From the IMG/VR virus record IMGVR_UViG_3300031994_000056: a DNA stretch of 24,377 nt; one strand, written 5' to 3'. Positions 15,631-24,377 of this stretch are shown piece by piece. Source of the DNA: a virus (lineage: Duplodnaviria; Heunggongvirae; Uroviricota; Caudoviricetes). The position numbers were made by a program, and so were the translations under genes. Position 1 is the first letter of the stretch. Every line of letters starts with the position of its first letter. The notes under the pieces are model-generated. The model made no database searches, was not told the DNA's origin, and was given only the letters and a program-made list of their open reading frames with translations.

Positions 15631-17097
15631 TTAAATTGTTATAGACAAATTACCTAATGTGATATATTGTGTTTTATTAACTGTTATAATATCGTTAACA
15701 GCTGGTTGTGTATCTGACGTTTTCTTAAAATAAGTTAGAGGTAATACAACACGCTCTACACCGTCTATATAACATAGATTTACTATATCTGATTGCTCAA
15801 TACTTTCGCCAACTTTTAATGTAGATATATAAGAACTAATAACTGTTATTAATTTATTAACAATATTATTTTTTTCGTCTGCATCTGTAGTTGTACTAAC
15901 TACTTGTAAGAATATATCAATAGGAATATTTTGTGCTTCTTTTACTAAAATATTTGCTCCTGTATTGTATTGTTCCTGAGATAAAAAATTAGCTACGTCT
16001 GTAATTAATTTATTATAACTATACTGTAATCCATGTGTTCCTGCAGGAACAGTTTCAGAAAATATAATTTTATCTAATGATTTTTGAGAACCTGAATAAA
16101 TACTTGATTGATCAGGTACTGCAATAGCTGTGATATCTGTATCTGTTAAAGCAGCTGTACCTGCTACAATTGGTCTAGGCATATTTCCTGTAAGCTCAAT
16201 ACTTGTTGTAGGTGCATTAAATACTATCTCATCATTTTTATATTGTGCTATTGTTGAACCTTTTAAATAAATATCATAACATCCACCTTCACTTCTTACA
16301 GGTGCCATTAAATCGTCACCAGCAGTTATAACTTCTACAGAAGTAGCTGCTGGAAAATTTTGTAAAATTAAACTCTTTATTCCATTAACTGTTCCGATAT
16401 TTATACCAGATACCTCGTACTTCATACGTGCAATAAAATTAGCATTTGTTTCTGTATCTGTTCCATTAGATATTTCAGTTTTATTTGTAACATTTGGGAA
16501 CCCTGTAACTGTTGAAATACAAATTGAAATATCACCTATAACTGTATTTCCAATAGTTCCTGTAACAACAGCTTGAACAGGAACATCTAACATATAACCA
16601 TTTGTTCCAAAAGTTGAATCATAATAAGCATTACTAAACGTAACCTCTTGAGTCGTTTGGTATTGTATACCTTTTGAAGCAGATGCTACTACAGTACCTA
16701 ACGGAATTACTGTGCTTTCTTCGTCAGCTCCTACTGGATCAGGTCTCCAAAAATTTACTATACCTGTAGCAACTGTTGCTTGTTTTCTTGATTTACCATA
16801 ATTTGCTGCTAATTTTTCAACAGATTCAGATATATATGAAATAACAGTATCTGTATCTGTATTTAAAGCGTCTGCAATTTTTTGTAATTGAGATGGAGAA
16901 TTTAATAATTCTCCACAAGAATCAAAACTTTGAAGAGCATTAATGTATTGTAAAAGTATCTCAACTTTAGCTACTTGTGTTGCACAAGGAATCAGAAATA
17001 AATCTTCTACAGCTGACCTAGGTGTAGTATTTACGTTTCTGTTTTCTAAAATTGTATTTTTTAATTCTGTATACGCCTTTGTAATATCAATAGCCAT
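15631..17097 (-). CDS. Baseplate J-like protein
   Basis: RKQATVATGIVNF, IPLGTVV, VPVQAVVTGTIGN, NGTDTET..F..R and GVERV pattern. Start reassigned to ATG 17097 (GGAG RBS). Confidence 0.85.
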   Translation of the reverse strand: MAIDITKAYTELKNTILENRNVNTTPRSAVEDLFLIPCATQVAKVEILLQYINALQSFDSCGELLNSPSQLQKIADALNTDTDTVISYISESVEKLAANYGKSRKQATVATGIVNFWRPDPVGADEESTVIPLGTVVASASKGIQYQTTQEVTFSNAYYDSTFGTNGYMLDVPVQAVVTGTIGNTVIGDISICISTVTGFPNVTNKTEISNGTDTETNANFIARMKYEVSGINIGTVNGIKSLILQNFPAATSVEVITAGDDLMAPVRSEGGCYDIYLKGSTIAQYKNDEIVFNAPTTSIELTGNMPRPIVAGTAALTDTDITAIAVPDQSSIYSGSQKSLDKIIFSETVPAGTHGLQYSYNKLITDVANFLSQEQYNTGANILVKEAQNIPIDIFLQVVSTTTDADEKNNIVNKLITVISSYISTLKVGESIEQSDIVNLCYIDGVERVVLPLTYFKKTSDTQPAVNDIITVNKTQYITLGNLSITI

Positions 17098-17105
17098 ATG
17101 CACTC

Positions 17106-17540
17106 CTATATAGTAACTTTTACTATTTGACCAGCTGCAGTAACTACATCCATAGATACACTAACAGCTTTATTTACTTTTTCTACAGTTTCTGTGTCTA
17201 TTACAATATTGTTTAATCCTGTAATTTGTTCACTTGAACTCGGTGATTCTTCTAATGCTCTTATATAAGCAATAGCTCCTACTATAGTTTCTTGTACTGC
17301 ACTTTCTACTAAACTATTTCCAATTGGATTTTTTCTAATAACATTTAATGTAGTACCATAATTTGGAAAATAATCAGAACTGTATTGATCCGTTTTTAAT
17401 ACTTTCGCAACTTCCTGAGCAACATAGTCTGAATTATAAACTAAATCAATATCATTATTTGATAAAAATTCAATGTCATTATAAGTTTGAACATTAAATA
17501 TATTATTTTTTGTATTAATATTTATAAATTTTATATCCAT
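17106..17540 (-). CDS. gp25/GPW-like baseplate wedge (sheath initiator) protein
   Basis: 144 aa; VAQEVAKVLKT...FPNYGTTL pattern; immediately upstream of baseplate J. Confidence 0.65.
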   Translation of the reverse strand: MDIKFININTKNNIFNVQTYNDIEFLSNNDIDLVYNSDYVAQEVAKVLKTDQYSSDYFPNYGTTLNVIRKNPIGNSLVESAVQETIVGAIAYIRALEESPSSSEQITGLNNIVIDTETVEKVNKAVSVSMDVVTAAGQIVKVTI

Positions 17541-17585
17541 AAAAACCTCTAAAAAAAGTATAATATGATAGTTCTGTCAAGGGCA

Positions 17586-18143
17586 TTATTTAACTAAATC
17601 GTTTGCTTGTTTAGTTGTTACAACTGTAGTAGTTGTAGTTTCACCTTTACTTACTTTCTTTGTTATTAATTTTTGTGCACCTGTAGTAATAGTATTTAAA
17701 GCACTTGTAGCTTGTTTAACAACATAATTTTTAGCTTTTTGTGCATACTCTTCAGCTTGTTTATTTAATTCATCTAATCTTTTTTCTAATTTTTGTTGCC
17801 ATCCTTCCAGTGTATCTATAGTATCTTCTAAATCAGTAATTCTATCTTCCATTTTATTTTTTAAATTTTGTAAACTAACTGTCTTAGCAGTACTTGCAGC
17901 TTCAGTACCGCTACTAGTAGATTTACCAAATAAACTTTTTGGTAACGGTAATTGATCAGGTAGTGTTTGTACTTGACTTTTAGCATCATTCACCATTTGT
18001 CTAGCATCTGCTAATTTAGATGTAGCGTTATTATAAGCAACTTTATAACTAGTCAATGTAGCTTTATAAGTAGTTACTTGAGTTTTTATTAATGTAATTG
18101 TATTTTGTATATCTGAAATTCCCATACTATTTAAATCTAACAT
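17586..18143 (-). CDS. Coiled-coil hypothetical protein in the baseplate cluster
   Basis: 185 aa with long heptad stretches and a Thr/Lys-rich tail. Confidence 0.65.
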   Translation of the reverse strand: MLDLNSMGISDIQNTITLIKTQVTTYKATLTSYKVAYNNATSKLADARQMVNDAKSQVQTLPDQLPLPKSLFGKSTSSGTEAASTAKTVSLQNLKNKMEDRITDLEDTIDTLEGWQQKLEKRLDELNKQAEEYAQKAKNYVVKQATSALNTITTGAQKLITKKVSKGETTTTTVVTTKQANDLVK

Positions 18144-18145
18144 TA

Positions 18146-18928
18146 TTACTCCTTAACTAATAATGTATTTTGTGCTGGAGTTGTAACTGCAACTGTATTT
18201 CCTGTACCTGTACCTGTATTAACTTGTACAGAATGCTGATGCTGATTCAACCATTGTAATAATGATTGACCTTTAACTGTATTTTCTCCACCAACAATAA
18301 CATTTTTAGAATCTACATTAACAGTACTTTTTCCACTTACATTAACTTCTTTTGCGTTCAAATTAATTGTATTACCGGTAGAAATTGTTATTTTATCATC
18401 ACTAATTGTAATAGTAGTATTTCCTTTAGAAACTGTTAATTGATGTGAGTCTTGTTCTTGTTTAATAATAAACCCATCTGTACCTGTAATCTCTAAAGAA
18501 TCATAATCGATTGTCATTTTGCTTCCATCACAATTCAATTGTATTGATTGAGAACCTGAAGTTAATGATGCGACCATAGACTGTAGTAAAAGTGTAGATA
18601 CTCCAGAAGAAAATAACTGATCTCCTTCTTCTGTTAATGTTGTAGAAAGTGATTCCTTTTCACTACCTTCAACATCTCCTTCAATTGTTGATGCAAAATA
18701 TTTAATAGGTAAAACCATATCCTGTCTATTTGGTATTGATGAAATAACCGCAAACAATAAATAATAACCAACTTTAGGTATCTCTTGATGAGCTAGTGTA
18801 TCTGGATAATAAATATTTTGATAATTCTCACTTGTTAAATTTCCAGACGTTAAATCAACAATATTCATTTTTTTGCTTTGTGCATCAACAGAAGTAATTA
18901 ATCCTAATTTTAATCCGATTCTATACAT
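18146..18928 (-). CDS. Baseplate central spike (gpV/gp45-like)
   Basis: N-terminal OB-like GLITSVD..., beta-helix repeats TITISDDKITISTGNTINLNAKEVNV and apex HxH motif WLNQHQH. Confidence 0.8.
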   Translation of the reverse strand: MYRIGLKLGLITSVDAQSKKMNIVDLTSGNLTSENYQNIYYPDTLAHQEIPKVGYYLLFAVISSIPNRQDMVLPIKYFASTIEGDVEGSEKESLSTTLTEEGDQLFSSGVSTLLLQSMVASLTSGSQSIQLNCDGSKMTIDYDSLEITGTDGFIIKQEQDSHQLTVSKGNTTITISDDKITISTGNTINLNAKEVNVSGKSTVNVDSKNVIVGGENTVKGQSLLQWLNQHQHSVQVNTGTGTGNTVAVTTPAQNTLLVKE

Positions 18929-18944
18929 TATAAAGCCTCAACTG

Positions 18945-21900
18945 TTAAATAATTGTTATTTCTATAATAGGGCATCCTGCATTTACTATTAAATTCCCTA
19001 ATTCTTCAGTATATTTACTATTAGCTGTAAATGTTCCATGTATGTCACCACTAAAATCACCTACTAAAATACAGCCGTCTGTATGTTGCACACTAGATCC
19101 TGTATGTATTCTTATATCTGTAAAAAACGGAACATTTAAAAGTTCTGGATAATTTCCTCCAAATTTAGGTGACCAAGACACACGTGTTAAATATATGCCA
19201 TTTGGTATAGCGGTTTCATTATCAATTTTTATATTTGTTAAATCTTGTCCTCTATAAGTATCCTCTAATGTATAACAAAAAGGTTTCTCTGTAACAGTAT
19301 TTATATATAACTTGCCGATAGTTCTTGAACTATCTAAAAGATATCTATGAAGAATAATTTTTAATGGTCTAGCTGAAGAATTATACTTATCTAATACATA
19401 TTTATTAGGATCTAAATTAACATCTGGTAACTGTAATTTTTGTATTTTATATGGATACCAATCTTTCGAATTTAATTTCATATAAGAATTATCTGCATTA
19501 TAAAGATTTACTTGTATTTGTTCTTTTAGTTCAACACTCTTAATAAATTCTGACTTTTCAGAGTTTAAAGTTATATTTTTTGTATAAGAACTACTTCTAT
19601 CATTTGAAACAACATTAATACCTCCTGCATTTGTTACTGTAACAGCACCGCCATCAAGTCTACAAACTAAAGCACTGCTATTCTTATATTCTACATTATA
19701 AGTTCCGTTATCATTTATATAAGTTTTATCTTGTATATATAAATATCCTTTTTCAAAATCATCTATTTTATAAGCCACATCAACAACATTATTTTTAAAC
19801 TTATCTATAATTTGTTTTTGTGTATCATTATTAATCGTAATATCTTTTTGTAAGTTTATTATTAAAGATGTATTGTAAACACATGGTACTTTCCTAAACA
19901 CTCCTTCTCCTGATTTAATTAAACTTCCCCAAGATACTATATTATTTATTTTTAAATTTAATTCTTTATCAAGTCTTTCATTGCAAAAAAGAAACGAGCC
20001 AAATTGATTACCATTTATCGACTCAATTAAGTTATATATAGTTACATTATATAAATTTTCAAAATCACTATTATTCCAAACATACAGTACTGATGGATCA
20101 AAAACAGCTTTAAAATCATTTACTGTTGATACTCTACCGTCTGTATATTTATCAATCCCTACATATAAACCACCTTTATTATAAATTTGTTGAATAGTAG
20201 GAATTTTATCTTCTGGAATTTCATTATATCCTACACGAATTACACAAGGTAAAAATTTATTATCACACTTTCCTGTATTAATAAATTGATTTATTTCACT
20301 TTCAGTTGTTATATAATGTTTTTCTAATATTGTAACATCGTAACCATATAAATCTTTTACTTTTTCATAATCAAATTTTATTACTGGATAATAATATAGT
20401 AAACCTGTTTTTGAATATAATGTTACATCTAAAATTAATTTTGTAAACTCACCTAATATTTCACCCATTGAATTTCTTAAAGACATATCTTTCAGTTTTA
20501 CTTGATTATTTTTTCCAATATTAGGCGTTATAATAGTTTCATTAAATTCAATTAAATCTGTTTTATAATTTATAGGGCTTACACCAGCAATATAAGCCCC
20601 ACGGTTATACAATGATTGTACTAATGGAAATTGTTCACTATCTTTATATACATAAGCTGGTACACCTACATTAATTGTTTCATTATGATATAAATCTTTA
20701 AAAAGGTTAAATAATTTTTTATACCATGTAAAATATATTCCTGGAGTTGAATTAGAAAATAATTTTTTAAATTTATTAATTAATATATTTCCTTCTTTCT
20801 CATTTACATATTCTAAAAGTATTGAAACGTCTTTACCAGCATAATCATAGGCTAATTCGAATTCATAATAAGCAAATTTACTATTACAAAATTTATTATA
20901 TTTATTAACCATATTAGTTAATCTATCATAATGATCAAAATATTGATACTCAGTATTTTTTTTCTGCTCAATATACCAAACTTTATATGACTGTGTATAC
21001 CTATCATTTTTTAAATATCTATTATATGCTTGTAAAATCTCATTCATTATAATCTGAAAATCTTTTAAGTCACCTGCTGCAAATCCAGAAAGTATATTAG
21101 GTACTATAGAGTCTGTAACAAAAAACTTATTATTTACAGTAGCATACGGTGCTGATAAATTTGAAATATTAATATCTGTAATATAATCTAAAGAATTGTA
21201 TTTACCTCCAAAAGTAGCATCTTTATTTAAATATTCTAAAAATTTTTGTTCATTTGCTTTAGTACGTATTTCTCTAGAATAGTAAGCAGTAGCATTTAAG
21301 TCGTGAGTTTTTGAACTATTTGTTCGCATCAACAGATCTGTAAACCATATAGCATTTATTAATTGTTGTTTAGGTGTAAATGCACTAGATAAAATATCTT
21401 CATAACTTTTAAAATCTTTAACTCTAATATTTGTCGGCGCCATTGTTTTATATAAAGATCTTGTTTCATTTGTGCTAACATAGCTATTTCTATTTATATA
21501 TGTATCAAATTTATTTTTATTTGGTGCTTCAAAACTAGCCCAATAATATCTATTATTTGCACATAAATTATTTACTTTATCTTCTATACGTTTTTGTTGT
21601 TTTTCTGTAAGCATATTAGGAGTAATACTTGACTGGTACATACTTAACTCTGGAAGTCTTTTAAAATTTAAAATATATGCTCCTGATTTTTGTATATCAG
21701 CTAAATTATTACGTCCTCTCATATTATCTATTAACTCAGCAACACGCATATATTTAAATGTTAATCTATGTATATCTACATTTCCAGGAGAAATAGTTGT
21801 AGAAATTGTAGTTAAATATCCTACAAATCCTGTAGATAATATATTACCAGTAATACTTTTATTAATAGGAAAATAATACAATCTACCTAAAATATAATCC

Positions 21901-23849
21901 TGTGTTAATGGAACTGTTAACTCAAAAGTTCTTGTATTACTATTTGATTTTGTAACATCTAATGCAGAATAAACAGCTGCATCAATTTCAGATTGTACAC
22001 TGGGAGAGTTTTTAGGTGAGTCTATTCTAAAACCATATTTTAATAATGCAGGAATATCTTGATAATATCCTCCACAAAATTCATTCTGAACACCTATAGC
22101 TGGAATGGACCATTGATAATCAGATCTACTTTTTAAAGTGGAATCATCTATAGACTGAGTCCATTCAATAAAATCATTTTCATCAATAACATCATCATTA
22201 ATCCAAACATTATAACGTGGAGGTCTTAAAATTAAAATTCCATTTCTATCTTCAAAGATTTCTAAAAAAGTGTTATTTGCTAACGTTTGTAAAATAGATA
22301 AAGGTGTTGTCATGTTAGACCAAAATAAATCAAAATGACTTCTAAGCATTAAAAGATATGCTTGTAATTTTTCTTGATTAACATTATTTTCTACCTTTGC
22401 TAAAACAATATGTGTTGACTTTCCTACCTCACGTATAGTAGATGTTGTTACTGCTAAATGATAAAGAATAATTAAAGGTTTAGCATATTGATAAGGTAAC
22501 TTTTTTAATTTAGCTGGGTCACTTATTAAACGTAATACATAACTAGTTTTATCTTCTTCTACAGGAGACACAGCCAAAACATCACTTAGTAATTTAGTAA
22601 ATAAATCAAAAGCATTTAACCCATCAAAGAATGTTGAAAATACATTAGTAACTGCAGCACTTGAAGTTTTCTGTTGTTTATCAGTACCTGCAATAAAGTC
22701 TATAACACTGTTAAACTGAGGTGCTATTGCATTACTACTAATGGTAGGATTTAATGAAAGTACTTTTGAAATACCTTCACAAGATACATTTAATAATGAA
22801 ACACCACCAAATCTTTGAGATAAACTTACTTTTGTAACAAAGCCTATAAATTGTGTATTTCTGTTTATAGTATTATTTATATTCTGTTCTGACGATATAG
22901 TCTTAGATATTAATTTATTTTGATTTAAATTTACAATCTCAATTATATCATTTGCTTCAATATTAATATTATGCTTTAACAATATATCTTGTCTTAAATT
23001 AAAGTTTGTCATATTAGACAAACCTTCCAAAGTAGTTGTGATTACTCCTACAGAATCTACTGAATTTTCTTTATTGTCATTACTAAAATCACCACGAGAA
23101 GTATTTAAAGCAATAAAATTATCATTTGTATATTTTGTACGTTCTGTAATAACTTCATCAATAACACCACAAGAACTTAGGTCGGTTAGTTCTATAACAT
23201 GTACGTATTTAGATTTTTCAAGTTTACCTTCTTGTATTGCTTGTATATCTTCTATAACAGGATCAAATAATTTATTTAATAAATTTGTACTTAAATCTAA
23301 AGCTTTCTTAATGTAATTATCATAAGCTTCTTTTTTCTCCATAGTATTAAGCCAGTTAATCTTTATTTCATTATTCTCAACTGACATCATACTATTTTCA
23401 TAATCACGTTGTAACATCTGTAAAGCATAGTTCTGTGCTAAAGCTTTTTGTACTAAGTCATCTTCACCTGAAATTGTAGCACGGTTATACTTTAATAAAA
23501 CATCTGTATTCTCTTTACCTAACGGTTTATACTCAAGAGTTTGTGACTCACCTATTTGTTTACTTTGGTTTGTTTGACTTGTACTCAAATTTGATTTTTT
23601 ATTGTAATAATCATTAACATATTCATCATACTTACTTTTTATTTTTTCTGCATCACTACTTTTTGATGACAATGCTTTTATAATATTATCACTAGGTACA
23701 CCTAATGTATATAAATCTGTTACAAAACTTTCAAATAAAAATTGATTTGCAGAATTGTTATTCATTAAATCTGCTATACTATTTTGTAAAGCAGAATAAT
23801 TATACTTATATAAATATATTTTATAATTATTTTTAAATAAACTTGTCAT
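18945..23849 (-). CDS. Large baseplate hub protein with a C-terminal DUF5675-like (L,D-transpeptidase-like) domain
   Basis: 1634 aa. Hub-like segments FIGFVTKV, EIFEDRNGILILRPPRY, LLKYGFR and LGRLY..GYLTTIS. C-terminus TIGKLYI..CYTLED..KIDNETAIPNGIY..SPKF..L.NVP.F..IRIHTG..HTDGCILVG. Confidence 0.75.
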   Translation of the reverse strand: MTSLFKNNYKIYLYKYNYSALQNSIADLMNNNSANQFLFESFVTDLYTLGVPSDNIIKALSSKSSDAEKIKSKYDEYVNDYYNKKSNLSTSQTNQSKQIGESQTLEYKPLGKENTDVLLKYNRATISGEDDLVQKALAQNYALQMLQRDYENSMMSVENNEIKINWLNTMEKKEAYDNYIKKALDLSTNLLNKLFDPVIEDIQAIQEGKLEKSKYVHVIELTDLSSCGVIDEVITERTKYTNDNFIALNTSRGDFSNDNKENSVDSVGVITTTLEGLSNMTNFNLRQDILLKHNINIEANDIIEIVNLNQNKLISKTISSEQNINNTINRNTQFIGFVTKVSLSQRFGGVSLLNVSCEGISKVLSLNPTISSNAIAPQFNSVIDFIAGTDKQQKTSSAAVTNVFSTFFDGLNAFDLFTKLLSDVLAVSPVEEDKTSYVLRLISDPAKLKKLPYQYAKPLIILYHLAVTTSTIREVGKSTHIVLAKVENNVNQEKLQAYLLMLRSHFDLFWSNMTTPLSILQTLANNTFLEIFEDRNGILILRPPRYNVWINDDVIDENDFIEWTQSIDDSTLKSRSDYQWSIPAIGVQNEFCGGYYQDIPALLKYGFRIDSPKNSPSVQSEIDAAVYSALDVTKSNSNTRTFELTVPLTQDYILGRLYYFPINKSITGNILSTGFVGYLTTISTTISPGNVDIHRLTFKYMRVAELIDNMRGRNNLADIQKSGAYILNFKRLPELSMYQSSITPNMLTEKQQKRIEDKVNNLCANNRYYWASFEAPNKNKFDTYINRNSYVSTNETRSLYKTMAPTNIRVKDFKSYEDILSSAFTPKQQLINAIWFTDLLMRTNSSKTHDLNATAYYSREIRTKANEQKFLEYLNKDATFGGKYNSLDYITDINISNLSAPYATVNNKFFVTDSIVPNILSGFAAGDLKDFQIIMNEILQAYNRYLKNDRYTQSYKVWYIEQKKNTEYQYFDHYDRLTNMVNKYNKFCNSKFAYYEFELAYDYAGKDVSILLEYVNEKEGNILINKFKKLFSNSTPGIYFTWYKKLFNLFKDLYHNETINVGVPAYVYKDSEQFPLVQSLYNRGAYIAGVSPINYKTDLIEFNETIITPNIGKNNQVKLKDMSLRNSMGEILGEFTKLILDVTLYSKTGLLYYYPVIKFDYEKVKDLYGYDVTILEKHYITTESEINQFINTGKCDNKFLPCVIRVGYNEIPEDKIPTIQQIYNKGGLYVGIDKYTDGRVSTVNDFKAVFDPSVLYVWNNSDFENLYNVTIYNLIESINGNQFGSFLFCNERLDKELNLKINNIVSWGSLIKSGEGVFRKVPCVYNTSLIINLQKDITINNDTQKQIIDKFKNNVVDVAYKIDDFEKGYLYIQDKTYINDNGTYNVEYKNSSALVCRLDGGAVTVTNAGGINVVSNDRSSSYTKNITLNSEKSEFIKSVELKEQIQVNLYNADNSYMKLNSKDWYPYKIQKLQLPDVNLDPNKYVLDKYNSSARPLKIILHRYLLDSSRTIGKLYINTVTEKPFCYTLEDTYRGQDLTNIKIDNETAIPNGIYLTRVSWSPKFGGNYPELLNVPFFTDIRIHTGSSVQHTDGCILVGDFSGDIHGTFTANSKYTEELGNLIVNAGCPIIEITII

Positions 23850-23852
23850 TAA

Positions 23853-24377
23853 TTACCACCCGTATCCTAAGCTATATCCTGAATCAGAAGCAACAACAGT
23901 TAACTTTATGGAATTAGAATCGTTCTTTGCAGCAATTTCTGCTTTTGAAGTTCTTGCTTCTATAACTGGCTCCCCAACAAACTGTACAGTATAGTCATAT
24001 AAAAAAGGTTTATCAGAACGTTCTGAATATGTAAAGTTTTTTATATGTCCTACAAATGTAACAAATCCATCTTTAAAACTATCTGAACCAGCTACACTTC
24101 CAGAATTTTCCATAAGTAAATATATATAAGGTGATTTATTTTCTACATTTCTTGTAAATAAACCTTCACCATAATAAGATAATAAGTCGTTAATTTTTTT
24201 AACATCTGTATCAACTACAGTATCAAACTTACCTTCAGTATCTGCACCAGTCCAATCATTGTTTGAAACTTCTTGTAGTTTATGCATAAACGTTGATATA
24301 CTACCTGTGATACTGGAAACATTTGCATTTAACTGCTTTATCATATTTGAATTACTTTCATTTAAATTTCCAACAGT
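23853..24377 (-). CDS. Tail or baseplate-associated protein, 5'-truncated by the window
   Basis: The frame stays open past the listed ATG (24344) to the window edge (TVGNLNESNSN-MIKQ). FVGHIKNFTYSE..PFLYDYTVQF resembles tube-initiator-like folds. Confidence 0.55.
   Translation of the reverse strand, partial: TVGNLNESNSNMIKQLNANVSSITGSISTFMHKLQEVSNNDWTGADTEGKFDTVVDTDVKKINDLLSYYGEGLFTRNVENKSPYIYLLMENSGSVAGSDSFKDGFVTFVGHIKNFTYSERSDKPFLYDYTVQFVGEPVIEARTSKAEIAAKNDSNSIKLTVVASDSGYSLGYGW

Noticed and set aside
17557-17580. Minus-strand TTGACA and TATACT in the 45-nt gap before the gp25-like gene
   Set aside because: The spacer is only 12 nt, not viable for sigma70. It is loosely similar to the 4707 site, but AT-rich chance cannot be excluded.
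23038-23316. Plus-strand 92-aa ORF
   Set aside because: Antisense shadow inside the hub gene.
1-24377. CRISPR array, DGR, integrase/transposase, or stop-codon recoding
   Set aside because: No spaced repeats, reverse transcriptase, duplicated fibre tip or recombinase seen. Genes tile densely and intact under the standard code, with both TAA and TGA used as stops.

Overview
Fragment of an AT-rich, standard-code, contractile-tailed (myovirus-type) dsDNA phage genome. The host is probably anaerobic (class III RNR) and may be diderm. Two convergent blocks meet at a palindromic terminator (8843-8874). The + strand block (1-8833) is metabolic. It carries a complete deamidating NAD+ salvage set: pncA (partial), pncB, nadE and nadM-Nudix. 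Interleaved with these are a PNKP-type HAD phosphatase and a small protein with ADP-ribosyltransferase-like R-S-E motifs. Downstream come nrdG, nrdD (thioredoxin-dependent signature), a promoter-driven tRNA-shaped RNA with a 62-nt structured insert, thioredoxin and small Cys-rich ORFs. The - strand block (8884-24377) is virion and lysis: baseplate hub with a C-terminal DUF5675-like domain, spike, gp25-like, baseplate J, wedge, tail fibres and a holin-like gene. It also has two fully overlapping membrane/coiled-coil ORFs that share one ribosome-binding site. The best candidates for new biology are the four-enzyme NAD+ pathway (distinct from NARP1/NARP2), the tRNA-like RNA and the co-initiating overlapping spanin-like pair. 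All family calls come from motif recognition by eye; no database search was run.
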